From Thermodesulfovibrionales bacterium (GTDB taxonomy: Bacteria > Nitrospirota > Thermodesulfovibrionia > Thermodesulfovibrionales > UBA9159): a stretch of 64,000 nt of DNA. The stretch covers positions 2,645 to 66,644 of the forward strand of contig DASPUT010000077.1 in NCBI GenBank assembly GCA_035622735.1, given 5' to 3'. The notes beneath the pieces were generated by a model. That model was not told the origin of the DNA. It made no database searches and was given only the letters and a program-made list of their open reading frames with translations. Position numbers and translations under genes: made by a program. This document shows positions 18,591 to 28,400 of this stretch, piece by piece (position 1 is the stretch's first letter; the number at the start of each line of letters is the position of its first letter).

Positions 18591-19072
18591 TATCCGACCT
18601 CCGCATTTTTAACTCTCCAGCTATTCGATAAACCCAGTCAAGTCTACAATCGAATCATGAATATTCCATTAAAAACAGATTAAACTTATTTCATCTTCTC
18701 CGTATAAGAGCCTCATCCCGCGGGAACAGGGCTTCTGTCACACATCCCCTGACGGGGTCGTCTCTTCTTAATCACTATAGTGACTGAGGAACGGGGGCAT
18801 GAATGTGATTCACATCACACATCGAACTCTCCATTCTTGCGGAAAATGAGAATAATGAAAAAAGAGATTCAGAATCGCGAGCATCCCCCGCGAAACCATG
18901 GGAGATGCGCTCTTTCCCTGTGGAATGATTCGGCGATCTGATGGAGAGGCCGGACTAAACCTCACCGATTTCAGGGAAACGAGTCGGGGGCTATTCATGC
19001 AAAGAGGCACCCTTTTGCGCTATAATGGAGCACCTTTCGAATTATCTTTTTGACGGTGATGGGAATACTCTC

Positions 19073-20104
19073 ATGAAGACAGCGTTGATCACTGGCATCC
19101 GTGGACAGGACGGTGCATATCTTTCCAAGTTTCTCCTGGAGAAAGGGTATACCGTATATGGTGCCGACAGGAGAAGCGGAGGTTCGAGTCTCTGGAGGTT
19201 GAAAGAATTAGGGATAGAGAATGATATAACGATTCGTTATCTGGATCTCCTTGAATTGACAAATGTCATGCACGAGATCGAGAGAATAAAACCGGATGAG
19301 ATCTACAACCTGGCGGCGCAGAGTTTTGTGCAGGCATCTTTTGAGCAGCCGATCCTGACGTCCGATACGGATGCTCTCGGGGTCTTGAGGCTCCTCGAGG
19401 CCTTGAGGATATTGAGTCCTGCTACGAAATTCTATCAGGCGTCTACGTCGGAGATGTTCGGAAGGGTCCTCTCGGTGCCTCAGGACGAGAGAACCCCGTT
19501 CTATCCGAGGAGTCCTTACGGCGTCGCAAAAGTCTTCGGACACTGGATAACGGTAAACTATCGGGAGTCCTACAAAATGTTTGCCTGTTCAGGGATACTC
19601 TTTAACCATGAATCGCCGTTACGGGGGTTTGAGTTTATTACCCGCAAATTGACTTACAGCATCGCCAGGATAAGACACGGACTTCAGGATAGGATTGTTG
19701 TGGGCAATCTCGACTCGAAGCGAGACTGGGGCTATGCACCGGAGTACGTCGCCGCCATGTGGACCATGCTGCAGCAGAGGGAGGCCGACGATTATGTCAT
19801 AGCGACCCATGAGTCTCACTCGGTGAGAGAATTTGTTGAATTCGCCTTCAAGTATGCCGGGTATGAAGTGGTATGGGACGGCAAAGGTCTCGAAGAAAAA
19901 GGCATCGACGGAAAAACAGGCAAGACCCTCGTGGAAGTGTCAGGGGAATTCTTCAGGCCGGCTGAGGTAGATATTCTCGTAGGCGATTTTTCAAAAGCAA
20001 AGAAAAAGCTCGGGTGGCAGCCACGAGTCAAATTTGAGGAGCTTGCAAGAATAATGGTCGAGGCGGACATCAAGCGGGTCGGGATCGAAAGAGACCGCCG
20101 CTGA
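19073..20104 (+). CDS. gmd: GDP-mannose 4,6-dehydratase
   Basis: MKTALITGIRGQDGAYLSKFLLEKGY..., YNLAAQSFV, ASTSEMFG, SPYGVAKV and ILFNHESPLRG are the canonical Gmd SDR blocks. The ORF opens at 19025, but the Gmd-like N-terminus begins at ATG 19073. Confidence 0.92.
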   Translation: MKTALITGIRGQDGAYLSKFLLEKGYTVYGADRRSGGSSLWRLKELGIENDITIRYLDLLELTNVMHEIERIKPDEIYNLAAQSFVQASFEQPILTSDTDALGVLRLLEALRILSPATKFYQASTSEMFGRVLSVPQDERTPFYPRSPYGVAKVFGHWITVNYRESYKMFACSGILFNHESPLRGFEFITRKLTYSIARIRHGLQDRIVVGNLDSKRDWGYAPEYVAAMWTMLQQREADDYVIATHESHSVREFVEFAFKYAGYEVVWDGKGLEEKGIDGKTGKTLVEVSGEFFRPAEVDILVGDFSKAKKKLGWQPRVKFEELARIMVEADIKRVGIERDRR

Positions 20105-20126
20105 CAGAAACCCGACCGTCTCCAAC

Positions 20127-21251
20127 ATGCGCGTCCTTCTCAACACAAAGCCGCTTGTTTTCTCGAAGAAAACGGGAATCGGGTATTATATCGATAACCT
20201 TTACCGGGCGCTCCGAGAATCCGGGGAAGACGTTATTCCGACCTTAAGATCGGAGTCATTAACGTTCATAGGCTATCTTGGAATGCTCTCTTCCCGATTA
20301 CGGACACTCATCGGAAAGCGATACCCCGCCTTTATAGGAAAGATGGGAGATGCCCTCATCGAGCGTCTTAACAAGCACGAGAAGCATTTCGATATCTACC
20401 ATGAGACAAGCCTTGACCTCATATCCGAAATTACGATAAAAAGTGTCTGTACTATTTATGATTTTTCGGTTGTCCGCTATCCTGAATATTTTGGGAAGGA
20501 TTTTGCAAAAAGTGTAAGCCCGAATGTGGCGAAAAACGCGTCCATTGCTGAAAGAATTATCGTAACAACGCAATTCATAAAAAACGAGGCTGTGGACCTC
20601 ATGAACGTGCCCGAGACTAAAATCGATGTCATCCCGCTCGCTCCTTCGGCGACCTATTATCCTGTCGAGAAATCGGCATCGCGACCTTCGGAAGTAAATA
20701 GATTTACCGAAAAAGACTATATCCTTTACGTCGGCACCATCGAGCCGAGAAAAAATCTCAAGACGCTCATGAGGGCCTTCAGGCAGACACGGTCGAGGAA
20801 CGACATCGCTCTCATAATCGCGGGCGATTTTGGCTGGTTGTACGACGACATAATCCGCTATCCCGAGGAATTGGGCATTAGGGGAGATGTGATATTCACG
20901 GAATATGTCGATGAAAAAACCCTTCTCTATCTATACAATTACGCCCTGTTTCTTGTCTATCCGTCCCTCTATGAGGGTTTTGGCCTGCCCCCGCTCGAGG
21001 CGATGTCGTGCGGAGTACCGGTCATCATCTCGGATATCCCTCCTCTCACGGAAGTCTGTGGTGATGCGGCCCTGGCGTTTGATCCCTCTAATCACGAAGA
21101 TCTTGCCGACAAGATGGAGAGACTCCTGTCAGAGGAGACTCTACGCTCTGCATTGCGCTTGAAAGGACTGCATCGGGCAAATAACTATTCATGGAAGAAA
21201 ACGGCCCTATCCACTATCCAAACATACGAGAGGGCCATAGGGAGGAGGTAA
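20127..21251 (+). CDS. GT4 family glycosyltransferase
   Basis: YVGTIEPRKNLKTLMRAF...YPSLYEGFGLPPLEAMSCGVPVIISD is the typical GT4 (E-x7-E) C-terminal half. Confidence 0.85.
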   Translation: MRVLLNTKPLVFSKKTGIGYYIDNLYRALRESGEDVIPTLRSESLTFIGYLGMLSSRLRTLIGKRYPAFIGKMGDALIERLNKHEKHFDIYHETSLDLISEITIKSVCTIYDFSVVRYPEYFGKDFAKSVSPNVAKNASIAERIIVTTQFIKNEAVDLMNVPETKIDVIPLAPSATYYPVEKSASRPSEVNRFTEKDYILYVGTIEPRKNLKTLMRAFRQTRSRNDIALIIAGDFGWLYDDIIRYPEELGIRGDVIFTEYVDEKTLLYLYNYALFLVYPSLYEGFGLPPLEAMSCGVPVIISDIPPLTEVCGDAALAFDPSNHEDLADKMERLLSEETLRSALRLKGLHRANNYSWKKTALSTIQTYERAIGRR

Positions 21252-21348
21252 AGGTCTCGTCATTTTTCGTGTGAAGGCCCCAAAGGCGGCAAGTCGTCTT
21301 CCGTAAAAAGGATTTTAGGTGCGGCGCGAAAATGGGTGCGACTGAGCG

Positions 21349-22464
21349 ATGAAACTTCTCCATCTCCTCTATGAGAGCAAAGATGACGCATTCGGCATCG
21401 GCGGTGTCGGTATCAGGGCGTACGAGATTTATCATCGTTTAAAGGATCGTCATGACATAACCCTCTTATGCAAACGCTACCCGGGAGCCGTCGATGGATT
21501 CAGGGAGGGGCTGAAGCATATCTTTGTCGGCATCGAAAGCAGGAGCCTCATGAAAACGCTTCTCTCCTACGCCTTCCACGCCTCCCGGTTCATGAAACAG
21601 CGCGGCTCCGAATTTGATCTCATCGTCGAGGAATTCTCACCGGCCGTTCCGACCTTTCTCTCACGCTACGCTGAAAGGCCCGTCATACTGCAGGTCCAGG
21701 GGTACACCGGGAAAAAATACTTCGAGAAATACAACATCCTCTTTGCGACGGCGCTCTATTGTCGTGAGCGACGGGAACCTAAACAGTACAAAAATCTTAT
21801 CTTTGTTTCGGACGTGTCGAGGAGGCGGTTCGACCTCTCCCCGTCCAGTGACGTAAGGGTCATATCCAACGGCATCTCGGCGGAGCTCCTCGATCTCGCG
21901 ATAGGGGAGTCTGACTACATCCTGTACCTCGGTAGGATTGATATACACCACAAGGGACTCGATATCCTGATCAGGGCATTTCAAGAAGTGGCCTTTGAAT
22001 TCTCGAAGATAAGACTCGTCGTTGCGGGAGACGGCCGTGACAGAAAGAAACTCTCGCAGCTCCTGACGACGCTGCCGGAGCGGACGAGGGAAAATATCGT
22101 CCTGCAGGGCTGGGTGGATGGCGACGAGAAGGAATCCCTTATCAGCAACGCGCTCTTCCTCGTCGTTCCCTCACGCTACGAAACTCAGGGCATTGTCGCC
22201 CTCGAGGCGATGGCCTGCGGCAAGGCGTTGATCACGAGCGACATCACGGAACTCGAGTATGTGAGATCGAGCGGAGCAGGCATTGCATTCAGGTCCGGAG
22301 ACGCGGGCTCACTTGCGGCCGCAATGAGAAATCTCCTCTTGAGCAAGGACCGCGCCCTTATGGGTGAGAAGGGCAGGGAATCGGTACGAGAACTTACCTG
22401 GGAGAACATCGCTCTGCGCTACGAGGACTTTCTCCATGATGTCCTGAGAAAACATAGCGCGTGA
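21349..22464 (+). CDS. GT4 family glycosyltransferase
   Basis: YLGRIDIHHKGLDILIRAF...VPSRYETQGIVALEAMACGKALITSD. Confidence 0.85.
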   Translation: MKLLHLLYESKDDAFGIGGVGIRAYEIYHRLKDRHDITLLCKRYPGAVDGFREGLKHIFVGIESRSLMKTLLSYAFHASRFMKQRGSEFDLIVEEFSPAVPTFLSRYAERPVILQVQGYTGKKYFEKYNILFATALYCRERREPKQYKNLIFVSDVSRRRFDLSPSSDVRVISNGISAELLDLAIGESDYILYLGRIDIHHKGLDILIRAFQEVAFEFSKIRLVVAGDGRDRKKLSQLLTTLPERTRENIVLQGWVDGDEKESLISNALFLVVPSRYETQGIVALEAMACGKALITSDITELEYVRSSGAGIAFRSGDAGSLAAAMRNLLLSKDRALMGEKGRESVRELTWENIALRYEDFLHDVLRKHSA

Positions 22465-22641
22465 ACTATCGGCCCCGGATCTCAAATGAGACGGTTAGAG
22501 GCAAAATCATTTCAGGATGGACGGGTCTATACATGAGGTTTCGTTTCCAAAAAAGAGAGGGCTTCCCTTTACCTTCTCTTCTACAAATATGATATAGTAC
22601 TGCGGGAGACCGATAGTGCTTCGAAACATCAACGGAAGACC

Positions 22642-24024
22642 GTGAAGACGATAATTCTTGCGGGCGGTAGTGGTACGCGCCTCTGGCCGCTGTCCCGGAG
22701 GAATTTTCCGAAGCAGTTCCTCAAACTCAAAGGCGAGAAATCCCTCCTCCAGCAGACCGCTGAGAGGCTTTTAAAGCTCGTCCGTCCGGAAGACATCATC
22801 ATCATGACAAACAACGACTACAGGTTCCACGTCTCTGCCGATCTCGACGCCATCTCTCCCGCACTCTCGAAAGACATGATCCTTGAGCCGGCCAAGAGGA
22901 ATACCGCCCCTGCAATCGCACTCGCGCTGAAATACTGTATAGAGAGGATGGGTTGTGATGCCGACGAGGTATTATTTGTCTCGCCTTCTGACCATGTCGT
23001 GAGTCCTGAGAGCAGGTTCATCGAGTATGTCAGGAGAGCGGAAGAGATCGCAAGAAAAGGTTATATCGTGACCTTCGGAATCAAGCCCCTCGGTCCTGAA
23101 ACGGGATACGGGTATATCAAGACCGGCGAGCGGAGCGAAGACTTTTACCGAGTCGCGCGGTTTACGGAAAAACCCGACATCGAAACCGCCACCCGGTATC
23201 TGAACGACAGCAGCTATCTCTGGAACTCTGGGATGTTCGCCTTCAGTGTCGGCACACTCATGGAGGCCTTCAAGGAGCATTCACCCGACATATACGGAAA
23301 AATGGATTCATCCTTCGACAATCTCCTTGCACGTTTCGGGGAGATGCCCGATATCTCCATCGATTATGCCGTCCTCGAAAAGTCGGACCGGGTCGTGACG
23401 ATCCCTCTTGACATTTTCTGGAATGACATCGGCTCCTGGGATTCCCTCTTCGAGGTGCTCGGCAAGGACCGCACCGGGAACGCGAAGGTAGGAGACGTTG
23501 TCGCCATCGACACGAGGGACTCGATGATCATGTCGGACAAAAGGTTGATAGCTGCCGTAGGACTCGAAAACCTCCTCGTGGTCGAGACAGACGATGCCAT
23601 ACTCATCACAAAGAGAGGAGACTCCCAGAAGGTGAAAGAGGTGGTTGTACTGCTTCAGGCCCAACGGAGGATAGAGGCGGTCGAGCATAGGACGACGTAC
23701 AGGCCCTGGGGCGAATATACCGTCCTCGAAGAGGGGAACCGGTACAAAATAAAACGGATCGTGGTAAAACCGAAAGAGAAACTGAGCCTCCAGATGCATC
23801 ACCACAGGAGCGAGCACTGGATTGTGGTTCAGGGCACCGCAAAAGTCACCATCGACGACCGCGAGATCTTTACGCACGAGAACGAGAGTATCTACGTCCC
23901 CAAATCAACCCCGCATAGACTCGAAAACCCGGGCAAGGTACCCCTTGAGTTAATCGAGGTTCAAAACGGCGAATATGTCGGTGAGGATGATATCCAGAGA
24001 TTCGATGACATCTATGGAAGGTAG
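22642..24024 (+). CDS. manC: mannose-1-phosphate guanylyltransferase / mannose-6-phosphate isomerase (bifunctional type)
   Basis: GTG start. N-terminal block MKTIILAGGSGTRLWPLSRRNFPKQFL. C-terminal cupin blocks RPWGEYTVLEEG..YKIKRIVVKPKEKLSLQMHHHRSEHWIVVQGTA. Confidence 0.92.
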   Translation: MKTIILAGGSGTRLWPLSRRNFPKQFLKLKGEKSLLQQTAERLLKLVRPEDIIIMTNNDYRFHVSADLDAISPALSKDMILEPAKRNTAPAIALALKYCIERMGCDADEVLFVSPSDHVVSPESRFIEYVRRAEEIARKGYIVTFGIKPLGPETGYGYIKTGERSEDFYRVARFTEKPDIETATRYLNDSSYLWNSGMFAFSVGTLMEAFKEHSPDIYGKMDSSFDNLLARFGEMPDISIDYAVLEKSDRVVTIPLDIFWNDIGSWDSLFEVLGKDRTGNAKVGDVVAIDTRDSMIMSDKRLIAAVGLENLLVVETDDAILITKRGDSQKVKEVVVLLQAQRRIEAVEHRTTYRPWGEYTVLEEGNRYKIKRIVVKPKEKLSLQMHHHRSEHWIVVQGTAKVTIDDREIFTHENESIYVPKSTPHRLENPGKVPLELIEVQNGEYVGEDDIQRFDDIYGR

Positions 24025-24218
24025 CGACCCATAACCGCCCGGGTTCAGGGTTTGACCTCCCGAGGGATCCTCGAAGAAATTCCGCAGCCCCTTTCTCGGA
24101 ACAAATATCCTATGAAACGAATCTGCCGGCCTCTCAGTTCGCAATCAATGGCCATTTTTGATAAAATCTATGCAATTGAGCCAGAATGTTTGGTAGCCGA
24201 AGCGGAGGATGAAGGGAA

Positions 24219-24761
24219 ATGGATGGCGACGACATCGATGAGCGGGCGTCTCTCTATAGGCTCTTTTCGTCCCTCTTCGTGAAAGAGCCCGATGAAGAAC
24301 TCCTGGTCAGCATGAAATCGATGTTCAAGATGGCATTTGACGACACGGAGCGCGAAATCCGTGAGGATTTCGGTTATCTTTTCCTCGGGCATGCAGGTCA
24401 TCTCCAGCCTTATGAATCCCTTTACAACTATGCCCTGGGGGACCGGCCGAGGCTCTGGGGGACCGCCACCGGAGAAGTTCAGGGGCTCTACCATTCAGCA
24501 GGCGTCATGATCGATGAAGAGATCGATCTCATCCCGGATCACGTGTCTGCGGAATTCCTCTTCATGAGCTATTTGATAGAGAACGGTCTCAGAGAGGAAC
24601 AGAGACGGTTTCTCGACGACCATCTCTTCGCGTGGATACCCGCATACTGCGACGAGATGCAAAAGCATGCCCGAACGACCTTCTATCGCGAGGTTGCCGG
24701 GCTGCTCAAGGAATTTGTATCATCCGATTCGCAGGAACTCGACGACAGCGGAGGCGAGTAA
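24219..24761 (+). CDS. TorD/DmsD-family (nitrate reductase delta-like) redox-enzyme maturation chaperone
   Basis: ERASLYRLFSSLF...PYESLY...IPDHVSAEFLFMSYL...FLDDHLFAWIPAYC...FYREVAGLLKEF follows the TorD family pattern. Confidence 0.7.
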   Translation: MDGDDIDERASLYRLFSSLFVKEPDEELLVSMKSMFKMAFDDTEREIREDFGYLFLGHAGHLQPYESLYNYALGDRPRLWGTATGEVQGLYHSAGVMIDEEIDLIPDHVSAEFLFMSYLIENGLREEQRRFLDDHLFAWIPAYCDEMQKHARTTFYREVAGLLKEFVSSDSQELDDSGGE

Positions 24762-25001
24762 TTGCCCGAGAAACGGGGAGACAAACCGCTCTTCAAACAG
24801 CTCTTCGAGGCGAGCACCGTCGGGATCCAACTCGTCCTCTCGACATTCGTCGGGTTCGCCATCGGATACTTCCTCGATAAGGCATTCAAGACGTCTCCCT
24901 GGCTGACGGTAATCTTTCTCCTGCTCGGTATCGTCTCTGGATTCGTCGAACTCCTGAAGGTCGCAAGAAAACAGAATGGGACTCGCAAAGAGGATCGTTA
25001 A
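24762..25001 (+). CDS. atpZ: AtpZ/AtpI-family small membrane protein (ATP synthase gene-1 type)
   Basis: TTG start immediately after the preceding stop. There are two helices, with VGIQLVLSTFVGFAIGYFLDKAFKTSPWLTVIFLLLGIVSGFVELLKV typical of AtpZ. Confidence 0.6.
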   Translation: MPEKRGDKPLFKQLFEASTVGIQLVLSTFVGFAIGYFLDKAFKTSPWLTVIFLLLGIVSGFVELLKVARKQNGTRKEDR

Positions 25002-25368
25002 GCAGAGCGTAATCGTCACCATCATCCTGGCCCTGCTTTCCCTGCTTGTGGACTGGAGGGCCAAGGCGTTCCTGTTTTTGAAGCCTTCTGGGAATCCGGA
25101 CTTTATACCCATAAGCATCGTTATCGGCGCTTTGATCGGTCTCGTCAACCTCCACGGCCTCATATGGAGTCTTGAAAGGCTTCTCGGTGGGCAGAGGGCG
25201 ACCGGAAAGCTCGTCTTTGTGAGCATGTTCAGGCTCGTCATCCTCTTCGGCCTCATCATCATCCTCGTCGCGCTAAAACTCGTAAACCTCCTCGGCCTTG
25301 TGGCCGGCATGACCGTAGTTTTCGTTATTCTCGTAAAAGAAGGGCTGAAGATGGCGCGGCAGCAGTAA
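24976..25368 (+). CDS. atpI: ATP synthase subunit I-like membrane protein
   Basis: 130 aa, four hydrophobic segments, and a 26-nt overlap with atpZ. Size and position match the atpI slot. This is weaker than a motif-based call. Confidence 0.5.
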   Translation: MGLAKRIVKQSVIVTIILALLSLLVDWRAKAFLFLKPSGNPDFIPISIVIGALIGLVNLHGLIWSLERLLGGQRATGKLVFVSMFRLVILFGLIIILVALKLVNLLGLVAGMTVVFVILVKEGLKMARQQ

Positions 25369-25450
25369 GTTCATGCCTTCGCGGACCTCTCCTATAAAAT
25401 CAATCCATAATGATATATAATGAATCGAGAGGACCGATTTCATTCTATGC

Positions 25451-28400
25451 GTGGTCTGGATGGGTAGAGAAAGGGACTCAGATACTTCGGCATTCCTTCC
25501 CCCCAAATATGGAGTCTTGAGGGAAGTGGTCCGGGACTACCCTAGCCTCCTGGCGGGTACCGACCAATTACTCATCCGGTTGAATGCCCATAGGAACGGT
25601 CAGGAAGCGGTGCTCGAGGAACTCCGGGCATATGCCCTGAAACATTTCTCTATCCATGACCATCATGAGAGAGGGCCGGAAGCGGTCGGGGTTATTATCT
25701 CCGTTTTCATTGAGGCCATGGACTCTCCTCACAGTCACGTGCGGGCCGCCGCAGCGGACAGTCTCCTCTTTTACCTGGAGAAAATTCTTGAAGGGGCCGG
25801 CCCGGATATCGAGAAGTATGCGCATGTCCTTTCCGAATGTTTTTCCCGGCTCTCCCTGCTGTCGGGAGATGGTCTCCTGCTTCTCGCGGCGAACCCCCAT
25901 CAGGTGAAGAAACTCGGTAGACAGATACTCGACAAGAAGTGCGGGAGTCTTGATATCGCCTGTTACGACGAATTACTTTCGCGGTGTCTCCTGACGACCT
26001 ACGACTACTGGCTGAAGGAGGAAGATCTTTTGACGCACTGCCGAGACAGAATCGATTTCGCGCTCACGGAAAAGGAATGCGGCGCACTCGAGGATCTGTT
26101 TTATCCCGTATCTCATGCGAACCTGAAGGAGCTCATCATCCATGTGAAAGATCTGAAGACGACCAACGTGAAGGACCCCCGGGCATACCTGGAAGAGCTC
26201 TTGAAATTGCCCGGATATATGCAGGTGGCCGGTTATTACGAGGACCTCATCGGCCTTCTCCCCAAAACAGGGGATCGGGAGCGATACCACGTCTTAAAGA
26301 TGATCCTGCTCTCGAGGTTTCTCGAAACGAGGGGGCTTGGGAGCATCCATGAAAATACGCTGAGGGAAATGAGCCGCACGCTCGTGGGGATCGTGAAGAC
26401 CGAGAATCACCGTGTGAGGGAATTTCTGACAGAGTCCATCGGCGTCCTGAAAAAATGTTTCGTGACATACCCGGAGGCGACCCTCTACTGCATCCAAGCG
26501 GTCGGCAATGAGGTATTCGCGCAGGGTGACAGCAACCTCGTCGAATGGTTCATCCAGAACGTGATCTCTGTCGGTTTCCAGTATCCGGATGTGGCCGGCC
26601 TCACCGATGAGTGGCAAGTGAGGTCGAACAAGAACCATCTCAAGAATATCCGCGTCTGGCTCGAATTGATCGAGAATAACCCGAAGTGGTCGAAGTCCCT
26701 CATCTCGGCCCTGATCATTAATCTCAGACTCGGTGGTGTCCATATCAATGACACGGACCTCTTTCAGAAGGACGTCACGAGAGTCCTAGAGAGCGATATC
26801 GAGCCAGTCTACTGGTTTATCAAGCAACTGGCGCAGGTATTCCCTGTCTATTTCAATGAGATCAATGCCGAAGGATCTTTGCGGGACGTCTCGACGGCGC
26901 TCGATGTCGCAGCAAAAAACGCGGACCCTCTCGTCCATTTCCTGCGTAAATATTGCCATGTCGAGAGCAGTTCCCTCATCGTCGACCTCATCGAGGAAAC
27001 GCTCACGTTCTTTCTGACAAAGGACAGGAGTCCCCTCGAACGGTTCTTGCCCGAGGATGTCTATCGTCAGGTCTCAGCCTCAGGCCCTTACATCGACGAT
27101 ATGAGCACGATCTTCGCCTCCCTTTTCAAGGAAAGGGGAATGCATCAGGTCGCCGAGCTCCTCGGCCTCGACGAGAGAGACATCCGCGCGCTCGTTCATG
27201 CGATACCGGGAGTCCCCCAGAGGGAGAAAGAGCGGGCGTGTCTCGCGATAAAGTTGTATCAGCTTCTCTACGAGAAGTACCGGCTGAGTCCGCAGAACAT
27301 CGTTGAAGAGTTGAGGCGCTTCAGTACGATGGGACTGCCCAACAGCGATGCCCTCATCGCGGTCTTGCGGGAAGGCGATACCTCCCAGCGTCTCGATGAG
27401 ATCCTGAAATACCTCCAGCTCCTGAAAGATATTATCCTTTCGCCGGAGCGGTATGAAGCCGTCGAAGACATATCCCGCAAAAGACATATCGCAGCCGGCA
27501 TCCCCTCGATGTACGGAAAGTACAGCGAGAAGAAATTCAATGCCCTCTCTCTCACGTTCCGTCTCGAAAATCTCGCGAACATCCTCTTCGAGGAGCTGAC
27601 AGAGACGTTTCATTACCGGTTCATCACCCGGGCCGCCCTCGTCAGGATCGACAAGTGCCTGCACCTCTTTTTCAGGGCCTTGCGGCTCGACGGAATATTC
27701 TCGAACAGGCTCGATAACATGTTGGAACTGCTCACCGGGGCATTGGAGGAGATGCGGTTTTCCTTCTCGCAGTATCTTGACATCTTCAGGGGATTTTCAG
27801 AGGGCGTGCAGGATATCCTGAACACGTACTACAGCGGTATTCACAAGACCAATCTGAAAAACCTGATCCTCCAATTGGGGCAGGAAAAGATACTGCCGAA
27901 ATACCTCGACACCCATAACGGCAGGAATGAGTTCGAGTTCGTCAATACCGTGACAGAGCGGTTTCTCAGGGATATCGTATCCGGTTCCTTCGGGCTCCAG
28001 CAGCTGGACAATTTCATCAGCAGGATACTCAGGACCCTCTTCGAGCAGGCTGAGGGCCTCGACATCAGGAGTCTGCACCTCCTCCTGAATTACGACCCGA
28101 AGAAGGCCCTGTCCGCCGTGCATGTCGCAAATAAGAACACCGATGATCGCATCCATCTCGGAAACAAGGGATACAACCTCGTCAAACTCGCCTCACTCGG
28201 CATACCAGTCCCTCCCGGTTTCATCATCACGACCGAGGCCTTTCGTTGCATGCCGGCGATCTCGCAATTCAGGCCAGTCCGGGATCACCTCCATGAAGGA
28301 ATCGGGGACCAGATGGGAGAGCTCGAAAAGCTGACAGGGAAGAAATTCGGAGACCCCGCCAATCCCCTTCTCGTATCAGTCAGAAGCGGTGCCGCGGTCT

